64,000 nt of DNA, taken from positions 1-64,000 of IMG/VR virus record IMGVR_UViG_3300040801_002079, one strand, 5' to 3'. The notes under the pieces are model-generated. The model searched no databases, was not told the origin of the DNA, and saw only the letters and a list, made by a program, of their open reading frames with translations. Of the stretch, positions 48,161 through 59,574 are shown one piece after another. Numbering within the stretch: position 1 is the first letter of the stretch; each line of letters opens with the position of its first letter. Position numbers and translations under genes: made by a program.

Positions 48161-49483
48161 ATGAAAGGTATGAAAAGTAATTATTGGTGTAAAGCCGAGA
48201 TTGAAAACTTGAGAAAGTTATTTGATCGACCATTTCTTAACGTCGAATCAATGCTAATGATGGATACAAGTATTCCCAATAAAACCACTGATCAAAAGCT
48301 CAGAAAGGCCAAAACACTGCGCTTAATTAATAAAAAATGGACTGAATATGAAGACCGCATTTTACATCAATTTTACCCCGCAATGGGAGCAAAGATTTGC
48401 TATGAGATTATAAACTATCGTACACCGAGTGAGATTAGGAAACGAGCCACTAAAAAACTTGGACTTTCCGCTCCCAAGCAATCCAACTATAAAAGAAAGG
48501 GTTCATGGTATGAATGGGAAGAACAGCTTCTGATTGACCATGGCAATAAAACATTAAATGAACTTAGCAACATAATAGAGCGTAAAGGACCTCATGCTAT
48601 TTCTAAAAAACGCAGAGAGCTTCAGAATAAATTGCTGCACACTCCAGAAATCTGGGTGCAGCCAGATCAGATCATCAATGTTAACAATCTTCCAAATGAT
48701 ACTTATCAGATTTTACTGGGAAGTATATTAGCATTTCATGATATATCCTCTATATCGGTAAACACTGGGTTTCATGGAACAATATCAAAACGCCTACAAA
48801 AATTTACCCATTGGACGGCTAACAATTTGGGTCAATTTATGCCCCATATTGATATCAAAACTTACCCCATTATGGAATCATTCAATCGATTTCCATTACA
48901 GCACATCTCAAAATCTTTTGACATTGATGGGTTAGCGGAAGGCTGTATGCCGTTTAATCATCTCAAAAAAATCGATGAAATTGGATTATTCATATGGTAC
49001 TTAAATAAGGGAAGTTCCAATTTAATGAAATGTGCCAAAGGATACAACGCATATCCAACCATTAGAACAGATCGATATAACCCCGCAGAAGTTTGTGAAG
49101 CGGTTGAACTTATTAATAAGCGCATGGGCGTTTCAATGAAGGCTTATTTTGGAGCGAACAATTCTAAAAAAAAGGTTAACCGCATCCACTTACACAATAA
49201 AGCAAGAAACAAGTTCTCCCCAACATGGAACAAAGTTTATGAGTTATTACAAGTACCCGAATGTATAAATTATAAGTTATTCACTGTAACGGAAGAATTA
49301 ACCGAAGATGCACCTAGATGGTGGAGCACAAAAGAGGAACAGATATTAATGGACAATTTCACTAGGCCCATCAATGAAGTGATAAAACTGTTGCCAAATC
49401 GGGATAAGCGTAATATAATAGATAAAAAAATGAAAATCGCCAAGGGTGGTGAACTCAATGGGGTCAGAGCAATAAACCGATGA
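48161..49483 (+). CDS. Myb/SANT-like repeats fused to degenerate LAGLIDADG-like core
   Basis: Four WxxxExxxL repeats; QILLGSILAFH and GLFIWYLNKG helices. Confidence 0.6.
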   Translation: MKGMKSNYWCKAEIENLRKLFDRPFLNVESMLMMDTSIPNKTTDQKLRKAKTLRLINKKWTEYEDRILHQFYPAMGAKICYEIINYRTPSEIRKRATKKLGLSAPKQSNYKRKGSWYEWEEQLLIDHGNKTLNELSNIIERKGPHAISKKRRELQNKLLHTPEIWVQPDQIINVNNLPNDTYQILLGSILAFHDISSISVNTGFHGTISKRLQKFTHWTANNLGQFMPHIDIKTYPIMESFNRFPLQHISKSFDIDGLAEGCMPFNHLKKIDEIGLFIWYLNKGSSNLMKCAKGYNAYPTIRTDRYNPAEVCEAVELINKRMGVSMKAYFGANNSKKKVNRIHLHNKARNKFSPTWNKVYELLQVPECINYKLFTVTEELTEDAPRWWSTKEEQILMDNFTRPINEVIKLLPNRDKRNIIDKKMKIAKGGELNGVRAINR

Positions 49484-50480
49484 AATTTTATGGAGATAAA
49501 AATTGATTGACAAAGAAGCATATTATGGAAACATTGTGGCGGCAGTATCCAGTATTAGGGAGCAATACTACGCTATTATATCAGAACACCGCGAATTAAT
49601 CGGAGCAGAAACGGTTTTGGACATGATTGACGCATCTTTACGAGTCAACGAAGATAACGATCTTGAATGGTGACTTAATACATGTTATAATGTCCTAAAA
49701 TTAGAGGATCAAATAATGGGTGTATTACCATGTAAGAGACAAAACTGTGAAAACGTGATGGCTGAATACTACTCAGAGTCATGGGGTTATTTGTGTGCCG
49801 ATTGTAAAGAAGAATTATTGAAAACCCCATGGGTCAGCATTGAAAAGTTTCTAGAGGGCACCACTACTCCAGCAGAATACAGTGCTTGGGTTGATTATAT
49901 TGATCGTATGTATGAATTAAGGTGGGAAGAATAAATGATAGTTTTGGAGTATTTGCTATACATTGCGATTATAGCTGTCGGCCTTAAATTATCATTAGAT
50001 GGCGATATATTGGGTGGATTATGTGGTTTAGGTTTAGCTTTATTGGGATTAGGTGGAATTTTAATTAAAATGGGTGTAATGGCGTGACCGTGAATTGCGT
50101 CAATGTAATAATAGAGGAAGACTAATGCCACAAGATTGGATTAAGTTCTCAGACCAAGAACCTGAATACGGTGAAAACATCATTTACTGGTTCAAGCCAT
50201 TTGAGAAAGCTTACATTGGTAAGTATTACGATGGTAGCATTATTGGACAGATTGGGTTCTGTGACAAGTATGATGCCCCCTACTGGATGCCAGTAGTAGC
50301 CAAGGTCACACTGGAAGATCATGAAAAGAGTCATTGGCTAAGTGTGCTTAGTGAGCAAATGAATCAGGATTGTGACAGGGACCTGAAAGAAGTAATGGTT
50401 CGATTCATTAAGGGACAAAAGCGTCTTGATCCCGAAGTTGAAAAAATTCTTTACGATAACCTAACGGAGTTATACGACTA

Positions 50481-50945
50481 ATGTCAGAAGAATCCAAATG
50501 TGTATGTAGAGGAAACTGGAGAGCTATCGTTGATGAATACAGAGACCTGATTGATAAGCGCTTTTTCAATGTGGAAACCGGAGAGACCTCTGTCTTTTTC
50601 GGAATTGTGTGGGGAAGTGATGATTTTTATTTCGGCATGTATGACCCAAATAATAAACTTCATCTACTTTCATGCGTTTGTGATCTTAAAACACATGGAT
50701 ATGAATTAGAGGGAGACCAATCCCCATCTGACATGCTGGATTATATTCAAATGCGACAAAGTGAACTTGAAACGGACAAACATGACATACTATTTTCAGT
50801 ATGGCCTGACTTTTCCCCCATAGAGCACGTAGTCCCCATGGTATGGGAGTGTCCAGAATCACCTTTTGGGCATTGTGCTTATCATAAATTTGAAGACCCC
50901 GCATGGGATGACTGTATATTTTGCCACAAACCTTACGAGAGGTAA
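50481..50945 (+). CDS. Hypothetical protein with C-terminal Cys-rich domain
   Basis: WECPESPFGHCAY...CIFCHKP. Confidence 0.6.
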   Translation: MSEESKCVCRGNWRAIVDEYRDLIDKRFFNVETGETSVFFGIVWGSDDFYFGMYDPNNKLHLLSCVCDLKTHGYELEGDQSPSDMLDYIQMRQSELETDKHDILFSVWPDFSPIEHVVPMVWECPESPFGHCAYHKFEDPAWDDCIFCHKPYER

Positions 50946-51265
50946 TGATAATGCAAGAACTAATGTTAGCAAGTGATTTATATGATAATGCAGTTGATGG
51001 AACCAAGCTGGCAACGTGCCGCACAAACCATAGGGATTTAAGCTGTGGCGAATTAACATTGAAGAATGTGGACACGGGTGAATCCATCATTGTTAATGCT
51101 CATACGGTTAAATGGACAACGTTTAATCGCTTGACTGAAGAGGATATTCTGGAAGAGGCCGATAGTCATATTGAGCTTTATGATTCAATGCTGCGGTTTT
51201 ATCCAGATTTCAAATGGACTGATCCCGTAACGTTTATAGCATGGGAAGCTCCGAGAACTGAATGA
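50945..51265 (+). CDS. ASCH/PUA domain protein
   Basis: GTKLATCR, LTEEDILEE, LRFYPD...VTFIAW. Confidence 0.7.
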   Translation: MIMQELMLASDLYDNAVDGTKLATCRTNHRDLSCGELTLKNVDTGESIIVNAHTVKWTTFNRLTEEDILEEADSHIELYDSMLRFYPDFKWTDPVTFIAWEAPRTE

Positions 51266-54200
51266 AAGTTACAGCAATCATATTTTTAATTTCAGTAGTA
51301 TTAACTTTACTACTATCATTGGTTGGTGGACAACACTGGAATACCAGCGATTATTTTATTCTGCCACTTATATTCACAGGTGGAATGGCGGGGCTTATTG
51401 CGTTTATAAAAGCCCTTACGGATATACTTGACTGAGAAAATATCATGACACGAGAAATTACAAAAGAAGATATTAAAGCAATCGACATTGATGCCATCGA
51501 TGAAATGGTTGAATTTCATTCCGGATGTCGTGGATGTACACAGCAGCAATTAAATGGAATTCGTTTCTGCAAAACCTGTTGCTATTTCGAGTCCGATTGG
51601 ACGTTAGAGGATCGAAGCAACTCAGACCCTCCATATGAAGATGTTGTAAGGGCTGCAATAAAGGCTGATGAAATCCTTGAAAATTTTGTGTACCGTATTG
51701 TTTCGGAGAAAAATAATGCATGAACAATTAGGCTATGACCCGTCTTCATCCCCAAGGGGATGGCTTCACCGCTTCTTCTGGTCTCAGATGCTGCTTCTCG
51801 GAATTGCTGGAGTAACAGGAATATTATATTTGGTGGGTTACGGAATTTTTCATGCATATACATATGTGGCGGAACATTTTCAATGGACACCAGAAACCCA
51901 GTCTACCATTATAACCGCGTTCCTTGTTTGGCTTGTATCTACTATTGTTGTGATGGTACATATGGACAGGTGAGAAATGGAAAAAATAAATGAATTACAT
52001 GATGAGATTTTAGAGACACTGGATGACCTCTTATCAGAGAATCGCCTACAGGAGTTATCATCCGAGGCCCAATCTGATTTAATAATGATACGAAAAAAGA
52101 TCAAAAGTCATGATGATAAGCGTAAAGCAATATGCAGACAGTGTGGAATAGCGTATCCTCTTGGTGGATACGCACACCCCTCACATTGTTTTTGGTGTTC
52201 ACCCACAAAGATTAGCAAGGAGTAAAAAAATGACTGAGAAAAAAGATGACTGGCAATTAAAAAAGCTCGAATTGGAATTTAACCGCTTCGGGGAAGACAG
52301 GGGTAAATACACCGGTTCCATTCGTTTTCAGAATGGAGACTATGAATCTTTCAGCTTTAAGATTCGTCCCGACATGGCACAGGATTACATTGATTTGATT
52401 TCTGCTGACATTGTAAAGGGTGCAAAATCATTGGGTGATCGTTTATTAATTTCACTGGGGCTGGATAATGTTGAATCCTGATATCAAATACACCGAAGAT
52501 GAATACGGCGATCCTCTAGTGACGGTAACCGTGGGCGAAATGAAGTTCAAATGGTCAGACAATGCTAACATTGATTACCCGGAAGATTTGTGCTGGTCTC
52601 GCATGATAGCAGATGTATGGTGGTCCGGTTTTCGCATGGGAGCGTATGCTGCATTGGAGAAGCAAAGTGAAAAATGATTTAATGAAGCGATTACGACGAA
52701 TGGGCATAGGAAACCATCCCTTTGGGCATCTTGCAAAAGACGCAGAAGATTGTATCAAAGAACTGCAAGCAAAGCTGGATGTATATGAAAGCGTCACTGA
52801 TACCGAATGTCATGATTTGCTGGTAAAGCAGCGCGAGAAGATACATGAAATTCAAGTGGCAGCTACAGTTATTGATCGCAAGAAGCTAAAGCGCATCGCT
52901 CAACTGAAAGCCGAAAATCAGGAGGCATGGAACACTTGCGACGAGGCAGAAACAAAATGCCGAAAACTGGAAGCGCTGATTGAGGCGGTACAATGTTTGC
53001 CAAAACAGTGGCGCGATAAGGTTTCACCAGACCACCATGACGATGCGTATTCGGTTCCGGCTGCGTGGGTCATTGAATGCGCTGACGAATTGGAAAAAGT
53101 ACTCAACAAGGAGCAAGGATGATGACATCTTTTTTAAAAGTTTGGTGGAAGCGTCTTACGTTAAATACAGAAAAATACTGTCCTGACGGAAAGCCGCATA
53201 ACAAAACACTTGTTTATGAATCCGACAATCTAAGTCCCGGCGAACTGTGGGGATACTACCACCGAGAATATAAATGCAAGCATTGTGGTGCGGTGTTTCA
53301 CTCAACTTCAACTTAGGATGTTATGATGAGCTACAGCGACCTGTTATTGAAGCTAAGACCCTTATGTCCAGAGAATGAAGAAGCAAGAAAATGGATGGAT
53401 AGTGCCGTTTTACAGATTGAAGTATTGCAACAACAGCTACAGGACGCACTGGACGCATTAGAGGACACTCAGCGATTAACCAGAGAGTTGGACATTGCCT
53501 GTTTCGGAAAAGACGCAGCCAAGCAAGCATCTCTTTGTGACTTGGTTAAACTTATTCCAGAGTATATAGAAGAACTGAAATCGGAGAAATAAAATGGGCG
53601 TAAGCACTGACGCAAAATTGGTATTTGGAATTAACATCGGAGAAGAGTGGATTATACCTGATCCATGGAATGGAATGAGTTCAGATGACGATGATTATTG
53701 GTCTACAGAACTTGCCCACTTTATTGAGGCAACCACCGATCCTGAAAACCCGGAAGTGGAAATTGAGTATTATTGCTCATGTGATTTTCCATTGTACATC
53801 ATAGCAGTCCCCGGCACGACCATTTGTGCCCCCAGAGGATACATAGAAGTCATTGAACCCGAACGATTGGATGATATGATGATACAAGAAGATGCTTATA
53901 AGCGATACACCGAGTGGTGTGAAAAGTATCTTCCAGAACCATACAATCAGCATGACCCTGCTTGGTTATTATGCAGCATGTGGTGTTAATAAGAACATAT
54001 TAAAGGAGAAATAGAATGAATGCCCCAAGAACCGTTACACGAGAAGAATTTGATGAAGTATGTGAAGCCATCTGGAGTGAACTGGAGTATCAGAACAATT
54101 TACCCAGACGAACCGACGATGAAGCACAGAACATTGCAGCATTTTTAACATTGGCAAGACGCTACATGAGAACATTGGAAGATGAATGGGCTGATAATGC

Positions 54201-55285
54201 GGGAGTCACTGATGAAGCACTAAGTGGTTTGAGAAAGGTTGCTGCAATCTTCAGCAGGGCAATGATTTATAATGGAGTTATTAAAAGGTGGGTTTATAAT
54301 GGCTGAAGAATCCGTCATTGAATACTCCATCAGTTGTGGACAGGAACTGGATGGAAAGAGTGCCTGCATATGGCGCACACAAGGTGCTGTAAGCGAAAAG
54401 ATAGCACGGTTCACCAGTAAGAAGGCTGCATTGATAATGGCAAAAGATTTCAATTGGCCCTTACATGAAAGTACAATGGAGGCATTAAGCGAATAAATGA
54501 TTAATTGGACCCACATACAAGAAATGGAAAAGCGTATTTATAGACCTGAAGAAAAAGGTATGAACTTCTCTTGGGTATTACAGGATGAAGCAGAAGGCAA
54601 GATTAATAATATCCGCTATAGGCTCTTGGAAGACTTAAACCATTTATTAGAAGTAAGTGGTGAAGATTACGATGTAAAGGGAGAGCCTGAGTTGCAGTTA
54701 GATGAACTCAGGTCCAGTGTGCAGGCGAATATAGAACATATTATTGAGTATATCAGGGGAGAGGTGTAAAATGCTGATATGGGATGGATGTGATATTGAT
54801 TCAGATAAATGCGTCTGGAAAGAAGACAAAATGGGATTTTTACATGCACCATATAACCCAACCATACTACAAAGACCAGATTTGGGACCATTTAACTATT
54901 GTCCCAATTGTGGTAGTAGGATTGTAATAGAGGAATATGAAGATGAATGATTATACAAATAGGCTCTTGGAAGAACTAAAAGAAACGGCTGAGCGATTCA
55001 GAACACACCGAAGTACCATTGATGATGGAGTCTATTATGATTCCAATGTTCCAATGTCACATGAAGCGTGTGCTACTGAACTTGACAGGGTAATTGATAA
55101 ATGGAGTAAAAAAAAATTGTTAACAAAACAGGAACTGGATGAAATCGCAGAAAGAAGTTATTTCTATATTGATGAATGTGTTGAGTATAGCACTCGAACA
55201 TCGGATTACCCGTCATCATTAGGTTGGAAAACCGTTCATCAAATGGGGCTAGACCGGATTAAACTTATTAACCATATAAGGGCGA

Positions 55286-55897
55286 GTGAAGATGAATAGG
55301 GAATTACTGAAAAAAGTTACTTCACAAATAGAAGAAGAACATGCAGAACTTAATCAGCGCAGGATTGATGTAGACGATACTCCGAAGTTCTGGGATGAAT
55401 TATCATGGACCGACATTTTGGAAATTCATCAACATCGTTCCCAATTGTTAAACATGTTGAAAAATTATGACCAAATCCTAGACAATGCCTATAATGCATT
55501 AAACGCACTTTCATTCCGTTTAACAATAGGCACAAAACTACATCATGACCAATCGTTCACACCCATGTCTCATGAACATATTAAGCATGAGGTTGATAAC
55601 ATTATGGAAATGATGGCAGAGGATGCAAATACGTTCAATTTAATGGAGTGGTTCGATGCAACCATGAATCAAATTGAAAAAGATGAATATGAAATTGAAG
55701 AACGTATGTTGGCTCTACAGGAACGTAAAGAAAACGCCATATCGAAAGTGTGGCCCGAATTCGATCCTTTGAGATATAAACTATCTTCATGGAGTTGCGA
55801 GAAATCACCTATTCATATGTGTGCATATGATTTACTATTAGAACCTAATGATCCCAGTTGGGGTGAATGTATATTTTGCGAACAACCGGAGAAATAA
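55286..55897 (+). CDS. Hypothetical protein with the same C-terminal Cys-rich domain as 50481..50945
   Basis: WSCEKSPIHMCAY...CIFCEQP. Confidence 0.6.
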   Translation: MKMNRELLKKVTSQIEEEHAELNQRRIDVDDTPKFWDELSWTDILEIHQHRSQLLNMLKNYDQILDNAYNALNALSFRLTIGTKLHHDQSFTPMSHEHIKHEVDNIMEMMAEDANTFNLMEWFDATMNQIEKDEYEIEERMLALQERKENAISKVWPEFDPLRYKLSSWSCEKSPIHMCAYDLLLEPNDPSWGECIFCEQPEK

Positions 55898-56464
55898 TAT
55901 GAACGCATTTTTAAAAGCACAAAAGGTAATATTTGGAGTAGTTGCGTTAATAGCACTACTATACGGTATAATTTTTTCTGTAGGCTTTACTGTTGAATTT
56001 ATTGCAGATTATTTTCAATTATCTGCAAAAGTGCAGGAAGGTTTACTTTTTTCTATACTAGGGTGGATGCTTTTGAGTTTTATCATGACCATGGTTTTTA
56101 ATGATAGGGAGAAGGATTAAAAATTTCAGGAAAATATATCACTTTTCCTGAAAATTTAAAAAAACTTTATACGGATAAAAAATTTCAGAAAAAAATAAAG
56201 AAAAGCATATAATGTCGAAAGCAACTTAACGTTCAGTTTAAAAAAGGGCAAACTTGAATAATAAAGTTAAAGGAAAGTTTAAGTACCCGAATGATGATGA
56301 TTCTTAAATGGACCCGTACAAATCAGGCCCTCACTGATTATAGATTTACCGTGCTTTTCCACACACTCGTGTCCAAATTCCATTATGGCTTTCTCTTTTG
56401 GCGTACAATGTTTACATAAAACGGCTGTTTAACCCAAAATGACATAAAAATTACTCCGAAAAAA

Positions 56465-56595
56465 ATTTTAACGTTGTGAAAAACATTTTAACATTGTGAA
56501 AAGCAAATGTAAAGAGACCGAACTTGTGAAAAGGGATTGGGACATTAAAGAGACAATTGGGACATGTTAAGGTAAATGTTTGGACATTGTTTGGA
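56465..56595. repeat. Cluster of short direct repeats in the non-coding convergence zone
   Basis: 20-bp tandem ATTTTAAC(G/A)TTGTGAAAA; third TTGTGAAAA; ATTGGGACAT twice, 20 bp apart. Confidence 0.7.
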
Positions 56596-57432
56596 ACCCT
56601 TTTAACATTATCTACCTGAAAATTAGTTTTTTCTAATATACATCGTTCTCGCTTAGACCCACCCCCTCCTGACAAGGGGGGTACTAACCAGAACAAATTA
56701 AAAATATCGCAAACTTGTTTTTTACCATCAGGGTTCTGCATAGCAAACCCAATGTCCATAGCCTACACCTATACCCTGCCCTACCCCACATAGCACAGAA
56801 CCCTACCACAGTTGGCAGGGTTCTGTCAAGGGTTGACTTGTAGGCTGGAGTGTGCTAGCTGCTGGTACGCTTCAATCCCTTGCAGCACGGGCAGAAGTGA
56901 AGGTCAGACTCGTAGGCTTCCCATGTATCCCATCCGTCCCCTTCCTCGTGTTCTTCAATGATGTCCATGTACACGGCTTCCACGGCTTCCTGCACACTGT
57001 CAACGTCCACTATCCAATCCGTATCCTCACCACGGTAGATGGGGTTGCGTCGAATGTCAGCGCATCCGTCACGGTGTACGTGGAAGCTTCCCTTGCTTTG
57101 ATCTATCAGGTTCGGTCCAATGATGCATACGTTCATGATGATTTCCTTATTGGTTGGGGAAGATGAAGCAAAGGGTTCTGTACAGTGCTACGGCAACAGC
57201 AAATGTGAGCAAGCTAACAAAGATGTATCCCATGATTATCTCCTGTTTACCAGATGCGGCGATCATGGTCGATTAGTTGGGTTGCGATGATCGTCAGTAT
57301 CGCGGCGAAGGTGATAAGGATGATTCCGAGTACTATCATGTCCGTGGTTCCTTTTCCTCAATGTCTGGTAGACATTATATCACACCCTGAGCCAAAAGGG
57401 AAGGGGCAATTACCCCTTCCCTTAAACTTGTT

Positions 57433-58164
57433 TCAGTCCATCAGGTCTTTGATGTCATCCCCGATAATGACGTTATGGTCAATGGTCAGCTTGGAAAAGT
57501 TACCCGCTTTCAGGGAAAGGGTACGGATTCCGACAGACCGCTGATTCATTACCTTGTTAATCGCGTTCTTTGCGAGTGTCTTTGCACCACTGTTCACGGG
57601 CTTGTATTCCCCTTCCGTCTTGACCGTCTTGTTCAGAATCAAGACGGAAAGCTTGACGGATTCAACCTGCGGATGACCGTTCAACAGTACCGGATGCATC
57701 AGACCATCTTCGCGCTTTTCGGTCAGGTAGTGAACCTTAACACCGTCAGCGAACTGTTCGAAGCAACGGTCATGTCCCTGTCGGCGCGAATCCGAACGAT
57801 CACCGGAAAGGGTACGCTTCGCGGATTCTACCAGTTCACTGTGGGCAATTTCAAACCAATCCTCACGGGTCTTTCCCTTCAACTTTTCGTCGGGGATGGT
57901 AGTCAGGTCAACGTCATCCACCGTAATGGCTTCCAGAGCGATCAGAGACCGCTTCAAGAGGCGCTCATAGTTGAAGCGGGTGATGACCTGATAGTCAGCG
58001 ACTTCCGGCGTAATGCGGCGACTGGTGGAAACGTAGTCATGGACACAAGCGGCTCCACCCTTGTTGCAGTGTTCCAGAACTTCCAGAACATCGGCTTGCG
58101 AGGGGGTCATCCAGACCTGATTTCCGTTGCGGGATTCTGCGAGTACTTGATTGATCTGAGGCAT
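57433..58164 (-). CDS. Hypothetical protein (243 aa)
   Basis: AGGAG RBS within the repeated promoter cassette; hairpin at about 57396-57424 downstream. Confidence 0.7.
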   Translation of the reverse strand: MPQINQVLAESRNGNQVWMTPSQADVLEVLEHCNKGGAACVHDYVSTSRRITPEVADYQVITRFNYERLLKRSLIALEAITVDDVDLTTIPDEKLKGKTREDWFEIAHSELVESAKRTLSGDRSDSRRQGHDRCFEQFADGVKVHYLTEKREDGLMHPVLLNGHPQVESVKLSVLILNKTVKTEGEYKPVNSGAKTLAKNAINKVMNQRSVGIRTLSLKAGNFSKLTIDHNVIIGDDIKDLMD

Positions 58165-58168
58165 TTGT

Positions 58169-58236
58169 TTCTCCTGTTTCCTATTTCCTTAATGTCTGAT
58201 AGACATTTTACTCCCTTTTTGAACCCCTGTCAACCC
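58169..58236 (-). repeat. 68-bp promoter/RBS cassette, copy 1
   Basis: Identical to 58835-58902 except 1 nt; TTGACA-N17-TAAAAT, dyad AATGTCT-N3-AGACATT, AGGAG. Confidence 0.9.
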
Positions 58237-58834
58237 CTGTTTGCAACTTTCTTTTCCCAGTAGGGGTCGGAAGCAAACGGAATGTCATACCACATCTTCC
58301 CGTCAATGTTATTCCGAAACGTGGTGACATTGGTACGGAATTCATAATGAGAGAGAATTTCCGTTGTGGTATCATTGACCGGAACATAAAGGTCAGACTG
58401 ATAACCGCTGACAGGGACTTCCGCTTCGATCATTTGCTGATAAATTGACTTCATTTCCAAACCTCCGCATAGTGACCGGATTCGATTACCGTCCATTCGT
58501 TTCGCTCAATATCCTGATAATGCACAATGTCGTTAGTTATTGGGCTATAGTACATGGCACATTGGGGGTCATCCGCGTATCCGGTATAAATGCGATTACC
58601 CTCAAAGTCGAGAATGTCATACAGGGGTTCTTGCTTCATTGGCTTTTCCTTATGAGTTGGCGGCGTTCAACTTCGGCGCACAGGTCTGCATACCATGCAA
58701 CGTATTCTTCCGTCAGTGTTCCAGAAACGGAGAATTGGCGAAAGCTGGGGCTTGCTCGACGGATGAGTTCATCGACATATTCACGGCGCAATTCTTGATC
58801 GGAAAGGCTTGAAAAAATGTTGTCAGTCATTTCG

Positions 58835-58902
58835 TTCTCCTGTTTCCTATTTCCTTAATGTCTGATAGACATTTTACTCCCTTTTTGAACCTCTGTCAAC
58901 CC
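58835..58902 (-). repeat. 68-bp promoter/RBS cassette, copy 2
   Basis: See copy 1. Confidence 0.9.
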
Positions 58903-59062
58903 TTGAAATGCATTTATTTTTGTGCTAGGCTTGTAGGATGCGTGAATTGACATTCTATGCGACACAATCTGTCGCATTAGCCCGTAGCTATATATTAGAT
59001 TATTCTAATTTAGCAGAATTGCATATAGGTCGAAGGGAAGTGTGACCGGGAGGGGGCAGAAC

Positions 59063-59090
59063 CCCATTGGTAAAACTCCAATGGGTTTTT
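59063..59090 (+). terminator. Intrinsic terminator
   Basis: CCCATTGG-taaaact-CCAATGGG-TTTTT. Confidence 0.75.
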
Positions 59091-59097
59091 AATCGAC

Positions 59098-59574
59098 TTA
59101 CTTATTAGAGATGTTCACACCATTGGAATAGTGTTTATCCCGTTGCCAGATATCGACATCATCGAATCTGCGCTTCATACAATGCTGCCGCCCTGCATCA
59201 CAGCATCCGCATATCTTTCCTGACTGTCTAGGGCACTCATGGGCAATGTTACCAGCATGATAAGCATTGTGGTACTCACAAAATGACTGTTTTTCCCTTT
59301 GCTCATTAAGCAACTCCTTGATTTCTGCCGCTGTGGGCATCTTAGCTGCCTCAGAATCGTCTATCTCTTCATATTGGGGTACTGAGTCGAATGATTCCTC
59401 TAAAAGCACCTCAGAGGCTCTCAGGAGGGCATCAGAGACGAATTTGAGGGTATAATCGCGTGAAACTTGTGTATTTCGGCTAATATGGTACAATACCAAT
59501 GCCAATTCACGTAGAGTTAGCCATTTTCCATCTACTTCAACTAGCCCCAGATTTGTGTTTGTTTTCGCGTTCAT
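59098..59574 (-). CDS. Hypothetical late protein with Cys/His-rich C-terminus
   Basis: ATG 5 nt after AATAAATA. Confidence 0.55.
   Translation of the reverse strand: MNAKTNTNLGLVEVDGKWLTLRELALVLYHISRNTQVSRDYTLKFVSDALLRASEVLLEESFDSVPQYEEIDDSEAAKMPTAAEIKELLNEQREKQSFCEYHNAYHAGNIAHECPRQSGKICGCCDAGRQHCMKRRFDDVDIWQRDKHYSNGVNISNK

Larger units (their letters stand above)
42945..56120 (+). other. Dense block of several dozen small + strand hypothetical ORFs (accessory region)
   Basis: Abutting or overlapping start/stop codons with SD motifs; several Cys-rich and membrane ORFs. Confidence 0.7.

Noticed and set aside
54619-54975. Repeat TAGGCTCTTGGAAGA in two ORFs
   Set aside because: Short, coding (RLLE), only two copies; chance or trivial
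56451-56759. 102-aa - strand ORF in the convergence zone
   Set aside because: Runs across DNA-level repeats and has no recognisable protein features; likely spurious
57475-58263. 262-aa + strand ORF
   Set aside because: Antisense to 57433..58164, which has the promoter, RBS and downstream hairpin
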